From Candidatus Hydrogenedentota bacterium (GTDB lineage: Bacteria; Hydrogenedentota; Hydrogenedentia; Hydrogenedentales; SLHB01): DNA of 35,850 bases. Each line of letters opens with the position of its first letter. Position 1 is the first letter of the stretch. Below are positions 1-9,449 of the stretch, one piece after another. Where the stretch lies: positions 1 to 35,850 of the forward strand of contig JARKSN010000039.1 in the NCBI GenBank assembly GCA_029974275.1, in the 5' to 3' direction. The notes under the pieces were generated by a model. It ran no database searches. It worked only from the letters and a program-made list of their open reading frames with translations, and had not been told where the DNA came from. A program made the position numbers and the translations under genes.

Positions 1-129
1 CCGGGCGACAACATCACGATGCGGGTGAAGCTGATCACCCCGATCGCGATGAACGAAAACCTGCGCTTCGCCATCCGCGAAGGCGGACGCACCGTCGGCG
101 CCGGCGTCGTAACCAAAATCATTAAGTAA
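1..129 (+). CDS. tuf: Elongation factor Tu, C-terminal fragment (5' truncated by window)
   Basis: Frame 1 reads [42 protein letters not shown], the canonical EF-Tu C-terminus; directly upstream of rpsJ. Confidence 0.97.
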   Translation, partial: PGDNITMRVKLITPIAMNENLRFAIREGGRTVGAGVVTKIIK

Positions 130-144
130 GGGAGAAGCGGGTTC

Positions 145-456
145 ATGGCGGCGACGCAAAAAATACGCATCAAGCTGCGGGCCTACGACCACCGGCTGCT
201 GGACCAGTCGACGCAAGAAATCGTGTCGGCGGCCCAACGAACGGGCGCGGCGATCAACGGTCCGATTCCGCTGCCGACGGCGCTATCGAAATACACGGTG
301 TTGCGTTCGCCGCACATCGATAAAAAATCGAGAGAGCAATTCGAGATGCGGACCCATAAACGCCTCTTGGATATCGTCAATCCGACCGCGCAAACGGTGG
401 ACGCCCTGATGCGTCTTGACCTGCCGGCCGGCGTGGACGTCGAGATTAAGCAATAG
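145..456 (+). CDS. rpsJ: 30S ribosomal protein S10
   Basis: [15 protein letters not shown]...GPIPLPT...[20 protein letters not shown]. Confidence 0.98.
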   Translation: MAATQKIRIKLRAYDHRLLDQSTQEIVSAAQRTGAAINGPIPLPTALSKYTVLRSPHIDKKSREQFEMRTHKRLLDIVNPTAQTVDALMRLDLPAGVDVEIKQ

Positions 457-593
457 TAGTTCCGCAGGGGCGGTGATGTCCCTGCCGAGAAGCGAGTGAG
501 GAGCGCCCCGTCGGAAGACAGGCGCAGGCAAGAACGGAACGCCGGCGACGACTAGCCGAACGTGGCCGCTCCGCTGCAAAGGATAACAGTTCA

Positions 594-1229
594 ATGCTGA
601 AAGGAATGCTGGGCAAGAAGCTGGGCATGACCCGTCTGTTCACGGAACAGGGTCATTGGATTCCCGTCACGCTTCTCGAAACGGGCCCGTGCAGCGTGGT
701 GCAACGCAAGACGGAGCTTCGCGATGGATACGAGGCCGTTCAACTCGGGTTTGGCGAGCGGCGCGAAAAGTGTTGCACCAAGCCGGAACGCGGCCATTTC
801 AAAAAAGCCGGCGTCACACCCAAGCGCCACGTGGTCGAGTTTCCCGTGGACCCCGCCGACGAATTCAAGCTAGGCGATCTCGTTCGCGTCGATCTGTTCG
901 CCGTGGGCGAGCGGGTGGACGTGAGCGGCGTCACCAAAGGCCGCGGCTTTGCCGGCGTCCATCGCCGCCACAAGTTTGGCGGAGGTCCGGGCGGTCACGG
1001 CTCCAATTTCCATCGGCGCCCGGGATCGATCGGTCAAAGCGCGGACCCATCCAAAGTATTCAAAGGCCTTCGCATGCCGGGGCACATGGGCGCCGCCCGC
1101 GTGACCACGCAGAACCTTGAGATTGTCAAGGTCGATGCAGAAAAAAACCTGTTGGTGATTCGGGGCTGCATTCCCGGCGCCACCGGCGGCATCGTGGAAG
1201 TCAAGAAGAGCGTGAAAGGGGCCAAGTAG
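594..1229 (+). CDS. rplC: 50S ribosomal protein L3
   Basis: GKKLGMTRLF...KGRGFAG...HRRPGSIG...MPGHMG; operon position. Confidence 0.98.
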   Translation: MLKGMLGKKLGMTRLFTEQGHWIPVTLLETGPCSVVQRKTELRDGYEAVQLGFGERREKCCTKPERGHFKKAGVTPKRHVVEFPVDPADEFKLGDLVRVDLFAVGERVDVSGVTKGRGFAGVHRRHKFGGGPGGHGSNFHRRPGSIGQSADPSKVFKGLRMPGHMGAARVTTQNLEIVKVDAEKNLLVIRGCIPGATGGIVEVKKSVKGAK

Positions 1230-1231
1230 CC

Positions 1232-1858
1232 ATGGCGTCGGCAAAACTATTCCGAATGGACGGGACCGAGGCGGGCTCGGTGGCTTTGAATGCGACGGTC
1301 TTTGACGTGGAAATGAATCCCGTTCTGGTGCACGAGGTGGTGTTGGCGTTGCAGGCGAGCAAGCGTCAAGGAAATGCGGACACGAAAACCCGCAAGGACG
1401 TGAGCGGCGGCGGCATCAAGCCCTACCGGCAGAAAGGCACGGGCAACGCCCGGCACGGCAGTTCGCGCGAATCGCAGATGCGCGGCGGCGGCACGGTGTG
1501 GGGCCCGCATCCTCGCAGCTACCGTCAGGACGTTCCGATCGCGTTCCGGCGCAAGGCGTTGTGTTGTGCGCTGAGCGATCGCGTGCGCGGCGAGGCCTTG
1601 TGCGTTCTGGAAAATTTCGCATGCGACGCGCCGAAGACGAAGCCGATGGCGTCGATGCTGGATAAGCTTTCCGCTGCGGGCCGCCGGACGCTGATCATCA
1701 TGGCGGATGCGGACAAGAACGCCGTGTTGTCGACCCGCAACATCCCGAAGGTGAGCGTGCGCACGGCGAGCGACGTGAATGCGTTGGACGTGATGACCGC
1801 AGCCCGCGTGATGGTGGCGCAGGATGCGCTGGCCAAGCTGGAGGAGCGACTGTCATGA
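1232..1858 (+). CDS. rplD: 50S ribosomal protein L4
   Basis: TKTRKDVSGGGIKPYRQKGTGNARHGS...GGGTVWGPHPR. Confidence 0.98.
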   Translation: MASAKLFRMDGTEAGSVALNATVFDVEMNPVLVHEVVLALQASKRQGNADTKTRKDVSGGGIKPYRQKGTGNARHGSSRESQMRGGGTVWGPHPRSYRQDVPIAFRRKALCCALSDRVRGEALCVLENFACDAPKTKPMASMLDKLSAAGRRTLIIMADADKNAVLSTRNIPKVSVRTASDVNALDVMTAARVMVAQDALAKLEERLS

Positions 1859-2139
1859 ACTCCGATCCCTATTACATCGTCAAGGCTCCGCTCTTGAGCG
1901 AGGAATCGACGATTCTGAGCACGACGAAGAACCAGTATGTGTTTCGCGTGGACCCGCGCGCCAACAAAGGCCAAATCCGCGACGCGATCGAACGCATTTT
2001 CAGCGTCAAGGTGGAGGCTGTCAACACAATGAATTACTTGGGCAAAGTTCGCCGGCGCGGCCGTCACGAAGGCCGCCGACCGGCATGGAAGAAGGCCATC
2101 GTCACGCTGCGCGCGGGCGATACGATTGAGCTTATCTAG
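1855..2139 (+). CDS. rplW: 50S ribosomal protein L23
   Basis: YVFRVDPRANKGQIRDAIERIFSVKVEAVNT...WKKAIVTL; ATGA overlap with rplD. Confidence 0.97.
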   Translation: MNSDPYYIVKAPLLSEESTILSTTKNQYVFRVDPRANKGQIRDAIERIFSVKVEAVNTMNYLGKVRRRGRHEGRRPAWKKAIVTLRAGDTIELI

Positions 2140-2154
2140 CGGGGAGCGCGGACG

Positions 2155-2985
2155 ATGCCGATAAAAAAATACAAGCCAGTCACCCCGACGCTGCGGTTCA
2201 CCAGCGTCTCCGACTATTCGGAAATCACCAAGGACAAGCCGGAGAAGTCGCTCACGCTGCCGCATCCGAGCAAGGCGGGTCGCAATGCCCAAGGCCGCAT
2301 TACGATGCGGCGGCGCGGCGGCGGCCACAAGCGACTGTACCGCGTGGTGGATTTCCGGCGCGACAAAGATGGCATTCCCGGCAAGGTGGTGGCCATCGAA
2401 TACGATCCGAACCGCACGGCCCGCATCGCGCTGGTGTCGTATGCCGATGGCGAGAAGCGCTACATCGTGGCGCCCGTGGGGCTGAGCGTGGGCATGGTGA
2501 TCAACAGCGGCGCCGAGGCGGAATACCAGGTGGGCAATAACCTGCCGATCGTGCGCATCCCGCTGGGCACGATGATTCACAACGTCGAACTGGTTCCCGG
2601 AAAGGGCGGACAGTTGGCGCGCGCGGCCGGAAACGGCTGCCAACTCCTGGCGAAAGAGGAGCGCTACGCGGTGCTGCGTCTTCCGTCGGGCGAAATGCGC
2701 CGCGTGCTTCTGGAATGCCGCGCGACCATCGGCCAAGTCGGCAACGAAGACCATTTGAACATCAGCATAGGCAAGGCCGGGCGCACGCGCTGGCTGGGCC
2801 GCCGCCCGAAGGTGCGCGGCGTCGTGATGAACCCGGTGGACCACCCGCACGGAGGCGGCGAAGGCCGCACCTCGGGCGGACGCCATCCGGTGACGCCGTG
2901 GGGCGTTTCGACCAAGGGGCACAAGACCCGCAAGCCGAACCGGCGGTCCGACATTCACATCATTCGTCGCCGGAACAAGAAGTGA
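2155..2985 (+). CDS. rplB: 50S ribosomal protein L2
   Basis: GRNAQGRIT...[13 protein letters not shown]...[17 protein letters not shown]. Confidence 0.99.
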   Translation: MPIKKYKPVTPTLRFTSVSDYSEITKDKPEKSLTLPHPSKAGRNAQGRITMRRRGGGHKRLYRVVDFRRDKDGIPGKVVAIEYDPNRTARIALVSYADGEKRYIVAPVGLSVGMVINSGAEAEYQVGNNLPIVRIPLGTMIHNVELVPGKGGQLARAAGNGCQLLAKEERYAVLRLPSGEMRRVLLECRATIGQVGNEDHLNISIGKAGRTRWLGRRPKVRGVVMNPVDHPHGGGEGRTSGGRHPVTPWGVSTKGHKTRKPNRRSDIHIIRRRNKK

Positions 2986-3000
2986 TAGGAGAGACGAATC

Positions 3001-3288
3001 GTGCCACGCTCAGTTAAGAAGGGCCCGTTCATCGAGGAGTCCTTGATGGACAAGGTGAGAAAGCAGACCGCGACCGGCGATCGCCGCATAATCCGCACGT
3101 GGTCGCGCCGCTCCACGGTGGTGCCGGACATGGTGGGGCTGACGATCGCCGTCCACAACGGCAACAAGTTCATTCCGGTGTTCGTGACCGAAAACATGGT
3201 GGGTCACAAGTTGGGCGAATTCGCCCCGACGCGGACCTTCCGCGGGCATTCAGGCACGAAGGCCGACAAGGCGGCGAAGGGAGCATAA
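3001..3288 (+). CDS. rpsS: 30S ribosomal protein S19
   Basis: RSVKKGPF...TWSRRSTV...[16 protein letters not shown] start with AGGAG SD. Confidence 0.98.
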   Translation: MPRSVKKGPFIEESLMDKVRKQTATGDRRIIRTWSRRSTVVPDMVGLTIAVHNGNKFIPVFVTENMVGHKLGEFAPTRTFRGHSGTKADKAAKGA

Positions 3289-3292
3289 GGTC

Positions 3293-3643
3293 ATGGCGGA
3301 AGCGATAGCGCGGGCGCGATTCGTCCGCATAGCCCCGCGCAAGGCGCGGCTGGTGGCGGACTTGATCCGCGGCAAAAAAGTGAGCGAGGCGCGCGATACG
3401 CTGCGATTCGTGGTCAAAGGAGGCGCCCTCTACGTGGGCAAGGTGTTGGCATCGGCCGTGGCCAACGCCGAAAGCATCGCCGCCGAACAGCGCAAGCGCA
3501 TCAACACCGACGAATACGTCGTGAAAACGGTGCTGATCGATGGCGCGGCGACGATTCATCGACGGGGCGTGGCGCCGCGAGGGCGCGCGGTCCGCATCCG
3601 CAAACGCACCAGCCACATCACGCTGGTGATTAGCGAAAACTAA
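3293..3643 (+). CDS. rplV: 50S ribosomal protein L22
   Basis: RIAPRKARLVADLIRGK...SAVANAE...RGRAVRIRKRTSHITLV. Confidence 0.97.
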   Translation: MAEAIARARFVRIAPRKARLVADLIRGKKVSEARDTLRFVVKGGALYVGKVLASAVANAESIAAEQRKRINTDEYVVKTVLIDGAATIHRRGVAPRGRAVRIRKRTSHITLVISEN

Positions 3644-3655
3644 GGAGGCGCATCG

Positions 3656-4366
3656 GTGGGTCAGAAAGTACATCCCCTGGGATTCCGGCTGGGCGTGATT
3701 CGCAATTGGAGTTCCATCTGGTATGCAGGCAAGGACTACGCCAATCTGCTGCATGAAGACCTGAAACTGCGCAACTACATCAAGAAACGCTTGTACCAGA
3801 CCGGCGTGGCCAAAGTGGACATCGAGCGCGCGGGTCAGAAAGCGAAGGTGCACATCTACACGGCGCGGCCGGGCCTGGTGATTGGCCAGCGCGGCGCGGA
3901 GGTCGACAAGCTTCGCTACGAATTGGAAAAGCTGACCGGACGGGAATTGCTGATCAACATTCACGAAGTGTTGACTCCCGAACTGAACGCGCAACTCGTC
4001 GCTGAAGGCATTGCCTCCCAGCTCGAACGCCGCATCTCGTTCCGACGCGCCATGAAAAAGGCCGCCCAGAACACGATGCGCTTGGGCGCGAAAGGCATTC
4101 GCCTGCGCGTGGCGGGTCGATTGAACGGCGCCGAAATCGCGCGGCAAGAGCAGAACCGCGAAGGCAGCGTGCCGCTGCACACCTTGCGCGCGGACGTCGA
4201 CTACGGTTTTGCGACAAGCTACACGACCTACGGAACCATTGGCGTGAAATGCTGGATTTATCACGGCGACGTCGAGCCGGGCGAGAAAATCACGGGGTTG
4301 AGCGAAACGCGCATGCACGGACGCCGGGAGCGCGGCGAACGCCCCGAGCGGCAGCGCAGAGGGTAG
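3656..4366 (+). CDS. rpsC: 30S ribosomal protein S3
   Basis: [13 protein letters not shown]...ARPGLVIG...[10 protein letters not shown]...[12 protein letters not shown]. Confidence 0.98.
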   Translation: MGQKVHPLGFRLGVIRNWSSIWYAGKDYANLLHEDLKLRNYIKKRLYQTGVAKVDIERAGQKAKVHIYTARPGLVIGQRGAEVDKLRYELEKLTGRELLINIHEVLTPELNAQLVAEGIASQLERRISFRRAMKKAAQNTMRLGAKGIRLRVAGRLNGAEIARQEQNREGSVPLHTLRADVDYGFATSYTTYGTIGVKCWIYHGDVEPGEKITGLSETRMHGRRERGERPERQRRG

Positions 4367-4426
4367 TGCGGCCGATAACAGGCACAGGAACAGTCGGAAG
4401 AGGCTGCAAGCAGGAGTGATACGATC

Positions 4427-4843
4427 ATGTTAATGCCCAAGAGGGTGAAATACCGCAAGGTGCAGCGCGGCCGCCGCAAAGGATACACCAAGGGTGCGGC
4501 AAGCGTGGACTTTGGCGAGTATGGCCTGAAGGCCACGGAAGTGGGCTGGGTGACGGCGCGGCAGATAGAGGCGGCGCGCGTTGCGTTGACCCGTCACGTC
4601 AAGCGCGGCGGCAAAATATGGATACGGGTTTTCCCGGACAAGCCCATCACCAAAAAACCGGCCGAAACCCGCATGGGAAAAGGCAAAGGGGCCCCGGAAG
4701 AATGGGTGGCGGTGATCAAGCCGGGCCGGGTGATGTTCGAATTGGAAGGCGTGCCGGAAGAACTGGCTCGCGAAGCCGTCCGGCTTGCCGGGCACAAATT
4801 GCCGATTAGCACCAAATTCGTGGCGCGCGCCCACAGCGCCTAG
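4427..4843 (+). CDS. rplP: 50S ribosomal protein L16
   Basis: [11 protein letters not shown]...RQIEAARVA...ETRMGKGKG. Confidence 0.98.
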   Translation: MLMPKRVKYRKVQRGRRKGYTKGAASVDFGEYGLKATEVGWVTARQIEAARVALTRHVKRGGKIWIRVFPDKPITKKPAETRMGKGKGAPEEWVAVIKPGRVMFELEGVPEELAREAVRLAGHKLPISTKFVARAHSA

Positions 4844-4855
4844 TGGAGAACCAAC

Positions 4856-5068
4856 GTGAAAGCGCATGATCTGCGAGAATTGACCGAACAGGAGCTCCGG
4901 CAGCGGTTGGCGGACCAACGGAAGTCGCTGTGGATGTTCCGCAAGCAGCTGACGACCGGCGCGGTGGAAAATGTGCGCGCGGCGCGCACCACGCGCCGTG
5001 AGATTGCGCGGATGAAAATGATCTTGCGGGAGCGGGAACTGACCGCACAGAAAGAGGCGACGAAGTGA
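4856..5068 (+). CDS. rpmC: 50S ribosomal protein L29
   Basis: [14 protein letters not shown]...[14 protein letters not shown]; lies between rplP and rpsQ. Confidence 0.93.
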   Translation: MKAHDLRELTEQELRQRLADQRKSLWMFRKQLTTGAVENVRAARTTRREIARMKMILRERELTAQKEATK

Positions 5069-5328
5069 TCATGGAAGAACGTGGCCGACGAAAAGAGCGC
5101 GTAGGCGTGGTGACCAGCAACGCGATGGCGAAGACCGTCACCGTGGCGGTGGAGCGCGTGGTGACGCACCCCTTGTACAAAAAGGCGACCAAGCGCACCA
5201 AGAAATTCAAGGCGCATGACGAGCAGAATGCCTGCCGCGAAGGCGATGTCGTGCGCATCCAGGAGACGCGCCCGCTCAGCAAGACCAAGCGGTGGCGCCT
5301 GGTTGAAATCGTCAAACGCGCCGATTAG
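5065..5328 (+). CDS. rpsQ: 30S ribosomal protein S17
   Basis: [14 protein letters not shown]...HPLYKK...AHDE...[13 protein letters not shown]; start GTG 5065 or ATG 5071. Confidence 0.97.
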   Translation: MIMEERGRRKERVGVVTSNAMAKTVTVAVERVVTHPLYKKATKRTKKFKAHDEQNACREGDVVRIQETRPLSKTKRWRLVEIVKRAD

Positions 5329-5347
5329 CGGAGAAGGAAACACCCTC

Positions 5348-5716
5348 ATGATCCAGATTTACTCGAACCTCGAGGTGGCCGACAACACCGGCGCGCGCCG
5401 GATTCGGTGCATCCAGGTGATGGGCGGCACCCGGCGCCGGTATGCGCACGTTGGCGACATCATCACGGCTTCCGTGCGCGAAGCCTTGCCGAATTCGGGC
5501 GTGAAGAAGGGCGACGTCGTCAAAGCGGTCGTGGTGCGCACGCGCCAGGACACGCAACGCCCCGATGGGACAGTCATCCGCTTCGATTCAAACGCGGCGG
5601 TGTTAATCAACCAGAACAAGGAGCCGCGCGGCACGCGCATCTTCGGCCCGGTTCCCCGCGAACTGCGGGAAAAGGGCTTCATGCGCATCATCTCGCTGGC
5701 GCCGGAAGTGGTATAG
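5348..5716 (+). CDS. rplN: 50S ribosomal protein L14
   Basis: True start [16 protein letters not shown] at 5348 (inside ORF 5216..5716); [13 protein letters not shown]...IISLAPEVV. Confidence 0.98.
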   Translation: MIQIYSNLEVADNTGARRIRCIQVMGGTRRRYAHVGDIITASVREALPNSGVKKGDVVKAVVVRTRQDTQRPDGTVIRFDSNAAVLINQNKEPRGTRIFGPVPRELREKGFMRIISLAPEVV

Positions 5717-5727
5717 GGGGCCGACCG

Positions 5728-6042
5728 ATGCATATTCACAAAGGCGACACCGTGGTGGTGATCGCCGGTCCGTACAAAGGCCGGCGCGGACGCGTTCTCC
5801 GCGTCCTTCCCAAAGACAACCGCGTGGTGGTGGAAGGCGTGAACATGATCAAGAAGCATTCACGGGCCACCCAACGCGCAAGCCGCGGCGGCATCGTCGA
5901 ACGCGAAGGAACCATTCACCTTTCCAACGTCATGCCCTGGTGCGCGGCGGTGAACAAGGCCTCCAAGATCGTCATCAAGCGACTGGAAGACGGCACCCGG
6001 GTTCGCATGTACAAAATCAACGGCGAAACGTTGAACGACTAA
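5728..6042 (+). CDS. rplX: 50S ribosomal protein L24
   Basis: MHIHKGDTVVVIAGPYKG (KOW motif)...VEGVNMIKKH...IHLSNV; start at 5728. Confidence 0.96.
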   Translation: MHIHKGDTVVVIAGPYKGRRGRVLRVLPKDNRVVVEGVNMIKKHSRATQRASRGGIVEREGTIHLSNVMPWCAAVNKASKIVIKRLEDGTRVRMYKINGETLND

Positions 6043-6056
6043 GAAGGACGGATACC

Positions 6057-6602
6057 GTGGCGGCGAGACTGAGAGACAAATACAAAAGCGCCATCGCGGC
6101 CGAAATGCGCCAGCAATTCGGCTACAAGAACGTGATGGAGATTCCGCACCTGGAAAAGATCGTGATCAACATGGGCGTGGGCGACGGCCCTGCGGACCCG
6201 CGGCTGCTGGAAGGCGCGACGTCCGAGTTGAGCGCGATCGCCGGCCAGAAGCCGAGCATCCGGACCGCGCGCAAGTCGATTTCGAACTTCAAATTGCGCG
6301 AAGGCGCGAAGATTGGCTGCATGGTGACGTTGCGCGGCGATCGCATGTACGAGTTCATGGATCGCTTGTTCAACGTGGCCATTCCACGCGTGCGTGATTT
6401 TCGGGGCATTTCGCCGACAGGGTTTGACAAGCAGGGCAACTATACCCTGGGCTTGCGCGAACAGACGATATTTCCCGAGATCAAGGTGGACGCGGTGGCA
6501 AAGGTTCGCGGCATGAACGTCACGTTCGTGATCAAGAACGCGCGTTCCGCGGACGAAAGCCGGGAACTGTTGCGCAAGTTTGGGGCCCCCTTCCGGGCGT
6601 GA
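6057..6602 (+). CDS. rplE: 50S ribosomal protein L5
   Basis: GTG start 6057 after AAGGA; LEKIVINMGVG...ARKSISNFKLREG...PRVRDFRG. Confidence 0.98.
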   Translation: MAARLRDKYKSAIAAEMRQQFGYKNVMEIPHLEKIVINMGVGDGPADPRLLEGATSELSAIAGQKPSIRTARKSISNFKLREGAKIGCMVTLRGDRMYEFMDRLFNVAIPRVRDFRGISPTGFDKQGNYTLGLREQTIFPEIKVDAVAKVRGMNVTFVIKNARSADESRELLRKFGAPFRA

Positions 6603-6633
6603 CCGGCGCTGAGCGCGGCATAAGGAGACGAAC

Positions 6634-6819
6634 GTGGCGAAGAAGTCCATGATAGCAAGGGCCAGCGGCCCGCAGAAATTCAAGGTCCGATCGTATCATC
6701 GCTGCCGGCTGTGCGGCCGGCCCCGCGCGTACATGCGGAAGTTCGGCATCTGCCGCATCTGTTTCCGCAACCTGGCGTTGGAGGGCAAGTTGCCCGGCGT
6801 GACGAAATCGAGCTGGTAA
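6634..6819 (+). CDS. rpsZ: 30S ribosomal protein S14, short zinc-binding (type Z) form
   Basis: 61 aa, RCRLCGRPR...GICRICFR with four Cys; ends PGVTKSSW. Confidence 0.96.
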   Translation: MAKKSMIARASGPQKFKVRSYHRCRLCGRPRAYMRKFGICRICFRNLALEGKLPGVTKSSW

Positions 6820-6838
6820 TAGCGAGGGACAAGAGATC

Positions 6839-7240
6839 ATGTCGATGAGCGATCCAATTGCGGACCTGTTGAGCCGCCTGCGCAACGCGCTGGTCGCCGG
6901 CCACGATCACGTGGACATTCCGGCGTCCCGCATCAAGGAAGAAATCTGTTCGGTTTTGCTGCGGGAAGGTTTCATCGCGGCGTATCGGCTGATCGAGGAA
7001 GGCCCGCAAGGAACGCTGCGCGTTTCCTTGAAATATCAAGGCGAGAATCGCCGTCCCGTATTGCAGGGATTGCGCCGGGTGAGCCGCCCGAGCTTGCGCG
7101 TCTATGCAAAGAGCGCGGAAGTCCGTCCGGTGCGCAGCGGCCTGGGCATTTCGATTTTGAGCACGTCGCGCGGCGTCATGACGGGCAAACAAGCCCGCGA
7201 GGCCCACGTCGGCGGCGAAATTCTGTGCGAGGTATGGTAG
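6839..7240 (+). CDS. rpsH: 30S ribosomal protein S8
   Basis: DPIADLLSRLRNA...RVSRPSLRVY...GLGISILSTSRG...GGEILCEVW. Confidence 0.98.
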   Translation: MSMSDPIADLLSRLRNALVAGHDHVDIPASRIKEEICSVLLREGFIAAYRLIEEGPQGTLRVSLKYQGENRRPVLQGLRRVSRPSLRVYAKSAEVRPVRSGLGISILSTSRGVMTGKQAREAHVGGEILCEVW

Positions 7241-7275
7241 ACGACCGCGGCTAGGCGGCGAAAGGGAGTCGATCC

Positions 7276-7815
7276 GTGTCGAGAATAGGCAAGCTGCCGG
7301 TCATCGTGCCGGCCGGAGTGAAGGTCGAGCTCAAAGGGCTCCACCTCAAAATCGTTGGCCCCAAAGGCTCGTTGGAGCGCGATCTCCATCCCGACGTGGT
7401 GGTGACCGTGACGGACGGCGAGATTGCGGTGACGCGCCCGAGCGATAGGCCGGCCCATCGCGCCTTGCACGGGCTCACGCGGGCCCTCATCCAGAACATG
7501 GTCACCGGCGTGACCCAGGGGTTCGTCAAAACCCTCTTGATCCAAGGCGTCGGCTACCGCGTTTCGCTGCAGGGCAAATCGCTCAACCTGGCCGTGGGAT
7601 ACAGCCATCCGGTCATGATCGAACCGCCTCTCGGCATTGAATTCGCCGTGGAAGGAACGCAGACCATTCGGGTGTCGGGCATTGATCGGGAACTCGTCGG
7701 ACAAACCGCCGCCGATATCCGGGCCTGGCGCGAACCGGAGCCCTACAAGGGCAAAGGCATTCGCTACGAAAACGAATACGTGCGCCGCAAGGTAGGCAAG
7801 GCCGGCTCCAAGTAG
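7276..7815 (+). CDS. rplF: 50S ribosomal protein L6
   Basis: MSRIGKLPV...HGLTRALIQNMV...PEPYKGKGIRY. Confidence 0.98.
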   Translation: MSRIGKLPVIVPAGVKVELKGLHLKIVGPKGSLERDLHPDVVVTVTDGEIAVTRPSDRPAHRALHGLTRALIQNMVTGVTQGFVKTLLIQGVGYRVSLQGKSLNLAVGYSHPVMIEPPLGIEFAVEGTQTIRVSGIDRELVGQTAADIRAWREPEPYKGKGIRYENEYVRRKVGKAGSK

Positions 7816-7891
7816 ACGGTTCGCAAACGCGGCAGATTCTCTTGGCGGACAGATGCAGGGTGGCCATTGAGCCACGTAGGAGAGCAAGGGC

Positions 7892-8239
7892 ATGGCAGTG
7901 GGCAAATTGGAGCGCCTGGAACGGCGCACACGCCGGATGCGCAAGACCGTGACAGGCATGGCCGAACGGCCGCGCCTAACCGTGCACCGGACCCTCAAGC
8001 ACATTTATGCACAGATCATCGACGATTCGAGTCAGCGCACCTTGGCCGCTGCGTCGTCCGTCGCCTTGAAAATTTCGGGCGGCAACATCGACGCCGCCAA
8101 GGCGGTAGGCAAGGCGATTGCCGACGCGGCCAAGAGCCAATCGATTGCGCAGGTGTGCTTCGACCGCGGCGGGCGTTTATACCATGGGCGAGTCAAGGCC
8201 TTGGCCGACGCCGCCCGAGAATCCGGGTTGGACTTCTAG
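7892..8239 (+). CDS. rplR: 50S ribosomal protein L18
   Basis: [20 protein letters not shown]...[26 protein letters not shown]. Confidence 0.98.
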   Translation: MAVGKLERLERRTRRMRKTVTGMAERPRLTVHRTLKHIYAQIIDDSSQRTLAAASSVALKISGGNIDAAKAVGKAIADAAKSQSIAQVCFDRGGRLYHGRVKALADAARESGLDF

Positions 8240-8399
8240 ATCGCATAGTTGCAATGCGTGCGATGGACGCGTACACTACTTGCCCGCTTGGCCGGACGAG
8301 CGGGGGCGCGCCGGAGACCGCAGACGGAAGAGATTCGGCATACGGGGCGGGCGAGAAGCCGTTGGACCCAGGGAAAGTCAGACTGACAGGAGAGCTACG

Positions 8400-8936
8400 T
8401 TGAGTACAGTGCGAGCGAAACGGGAACCGCGCGGAGATCGCCGCGGACGCGAATCGTCGGAGGCCGCTTTCATCGAATCGGTGGTGAAAATTTACCGCGT
8501 GGCCAAGGTGGTCAAAGGCGGACGCCGCTTCAGTTTCAGCGCGATCGTCGTAGTGGGCGACGGCAACGGCCGCGTGGGCGCGGCCTTGGGCAAGGCGGCG
8601 GAAGTCCCCGAAGCCATCCGGAAAGCCATCGAAAAAGCGAAGCGCACGATGACCGCCGTCCCCATCGTGAGCACGACGATCCCCCACGAAGTCATTGGCC
8701 GCGCCGACGCGGCCCGCGTGCTGCTCAAGCCGGCTTCGCTCGGCACGGGCGTGGTCGCGGGCGGCCCGGTGCGCGCGGTCGTCGAAGCGGCAGGGTATAA
8801 AAACATCCTGACCAAATCGCTGGGTTCCAACAACGCGACGAACGTCGTCTGGGCCACCCTGGAAGGGTTGCGCCAGCTCCGGACCGTGGAAGAAGTCGCT
8901 TCGATGCGCGACCTGCCCGTGGCGGCGGTGCTCTAA
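8400..8936 (+). CDS. rpsE: 30S ribosomal protein S5
   Basis: [23 protein letters not shown]...GTGVVAGG; probable TTG start at 8400 after AGGAG (GTG 8409 is an alternative). Confidence 0.96.
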   Translation: MSTVRAKREPRGDRRGRESSEAAFIESVVKIYRVAKVVKGGRRFSFSAIVVVGDGNGRVGAALGKAAEVPEAIRKAIEKAKRTMTAVPIVSTTIPHEVIGRADAARVLLKPASLGTGVVAGGPVRAVVEAAGYKNILTKSLGSNNATNVVWATLEGLRQLRTVEEVASMRDLPVAAVL

Positions 8937-8972
8937 GCGCCGTTCCAAGGCAAGACTACCAAGGAAACGATC

Positions 8973-9446
8973 ATGATGGATTTGAGCATGTTGACAACGG
9001 CCCCGGGCGCTCGAAAAACCCGCAAACGCGTGGGTCGGGGACCGGCTTCGGGAAGCGGCAAAACTTCGGGACGCGGACACAAGGGACAACGGGCCCGGTC
9101 GGGCTATTCGCAGCGGCCTGGATTCGAAGGCGGGCAGATGCCCCTCAACCGCCGCGTTCCCAAGCGCGGGTTTTATCACGAGACCCGGCGCCCCTTTACC
9201 ATCATCAATCTCGACGAAATCGAAACGTCGTTTCAAGCCGGCGCCGAGGTGAGCTTGAACGCCTTGGCCGAGCGCGGCCTGGCCCGCCCCCGGTCCGGAG
9301 GCTTGAAAATTCTCGGACGCGGCGAGATCACGATAGCCATCACGGCGATGGTGCAAGCGATCAGCGCCGGAGCCCGCGCCAAAATCGAAGCGGCGGGCGG
9401 CAAAGTGGAAATGCTTGGGGTCGAGACTCTGGGCGGGGAGGAATAA
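8973..9446 (+). CDS. rplO: 50S ribosomal protein L15
   Basis: RVGRGPASGSGKTSGRGHKGQRARSG...GFEGGQMPL...KIEAAGG. Confidence 0.98.
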   Translation: MMDLSMLTTAPGARKTRKRVGRGPASGSGKTSGRGHKGQRARSGYSQRPGFEGGQMPLNRRVPKRGFYHETRRPFTIINLDEIETSFQAGAEVSLNALAERGLARPRSGGLKILGRGEITIAITAMVQAISAGARAKIEAAGGKVEMLGVETLGGEE

Positions 9447-9449
9447 CAG

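Noticed and set aside
1525..2958. Long antisense ORFs (also 3170-4318, 8193-9356, 13381-14409, 23884-25071, 32393-33826, 34348-35733)
   Set aside because: Shadow frames opposite well-identified genes, with no recognisable motifs.
8254..8403. Small ORF ([13 protein letters not shown]...) as a displaced L30
   Set aside because: No resemblance to L30 and no SD; it is the tail of a spurious frame.
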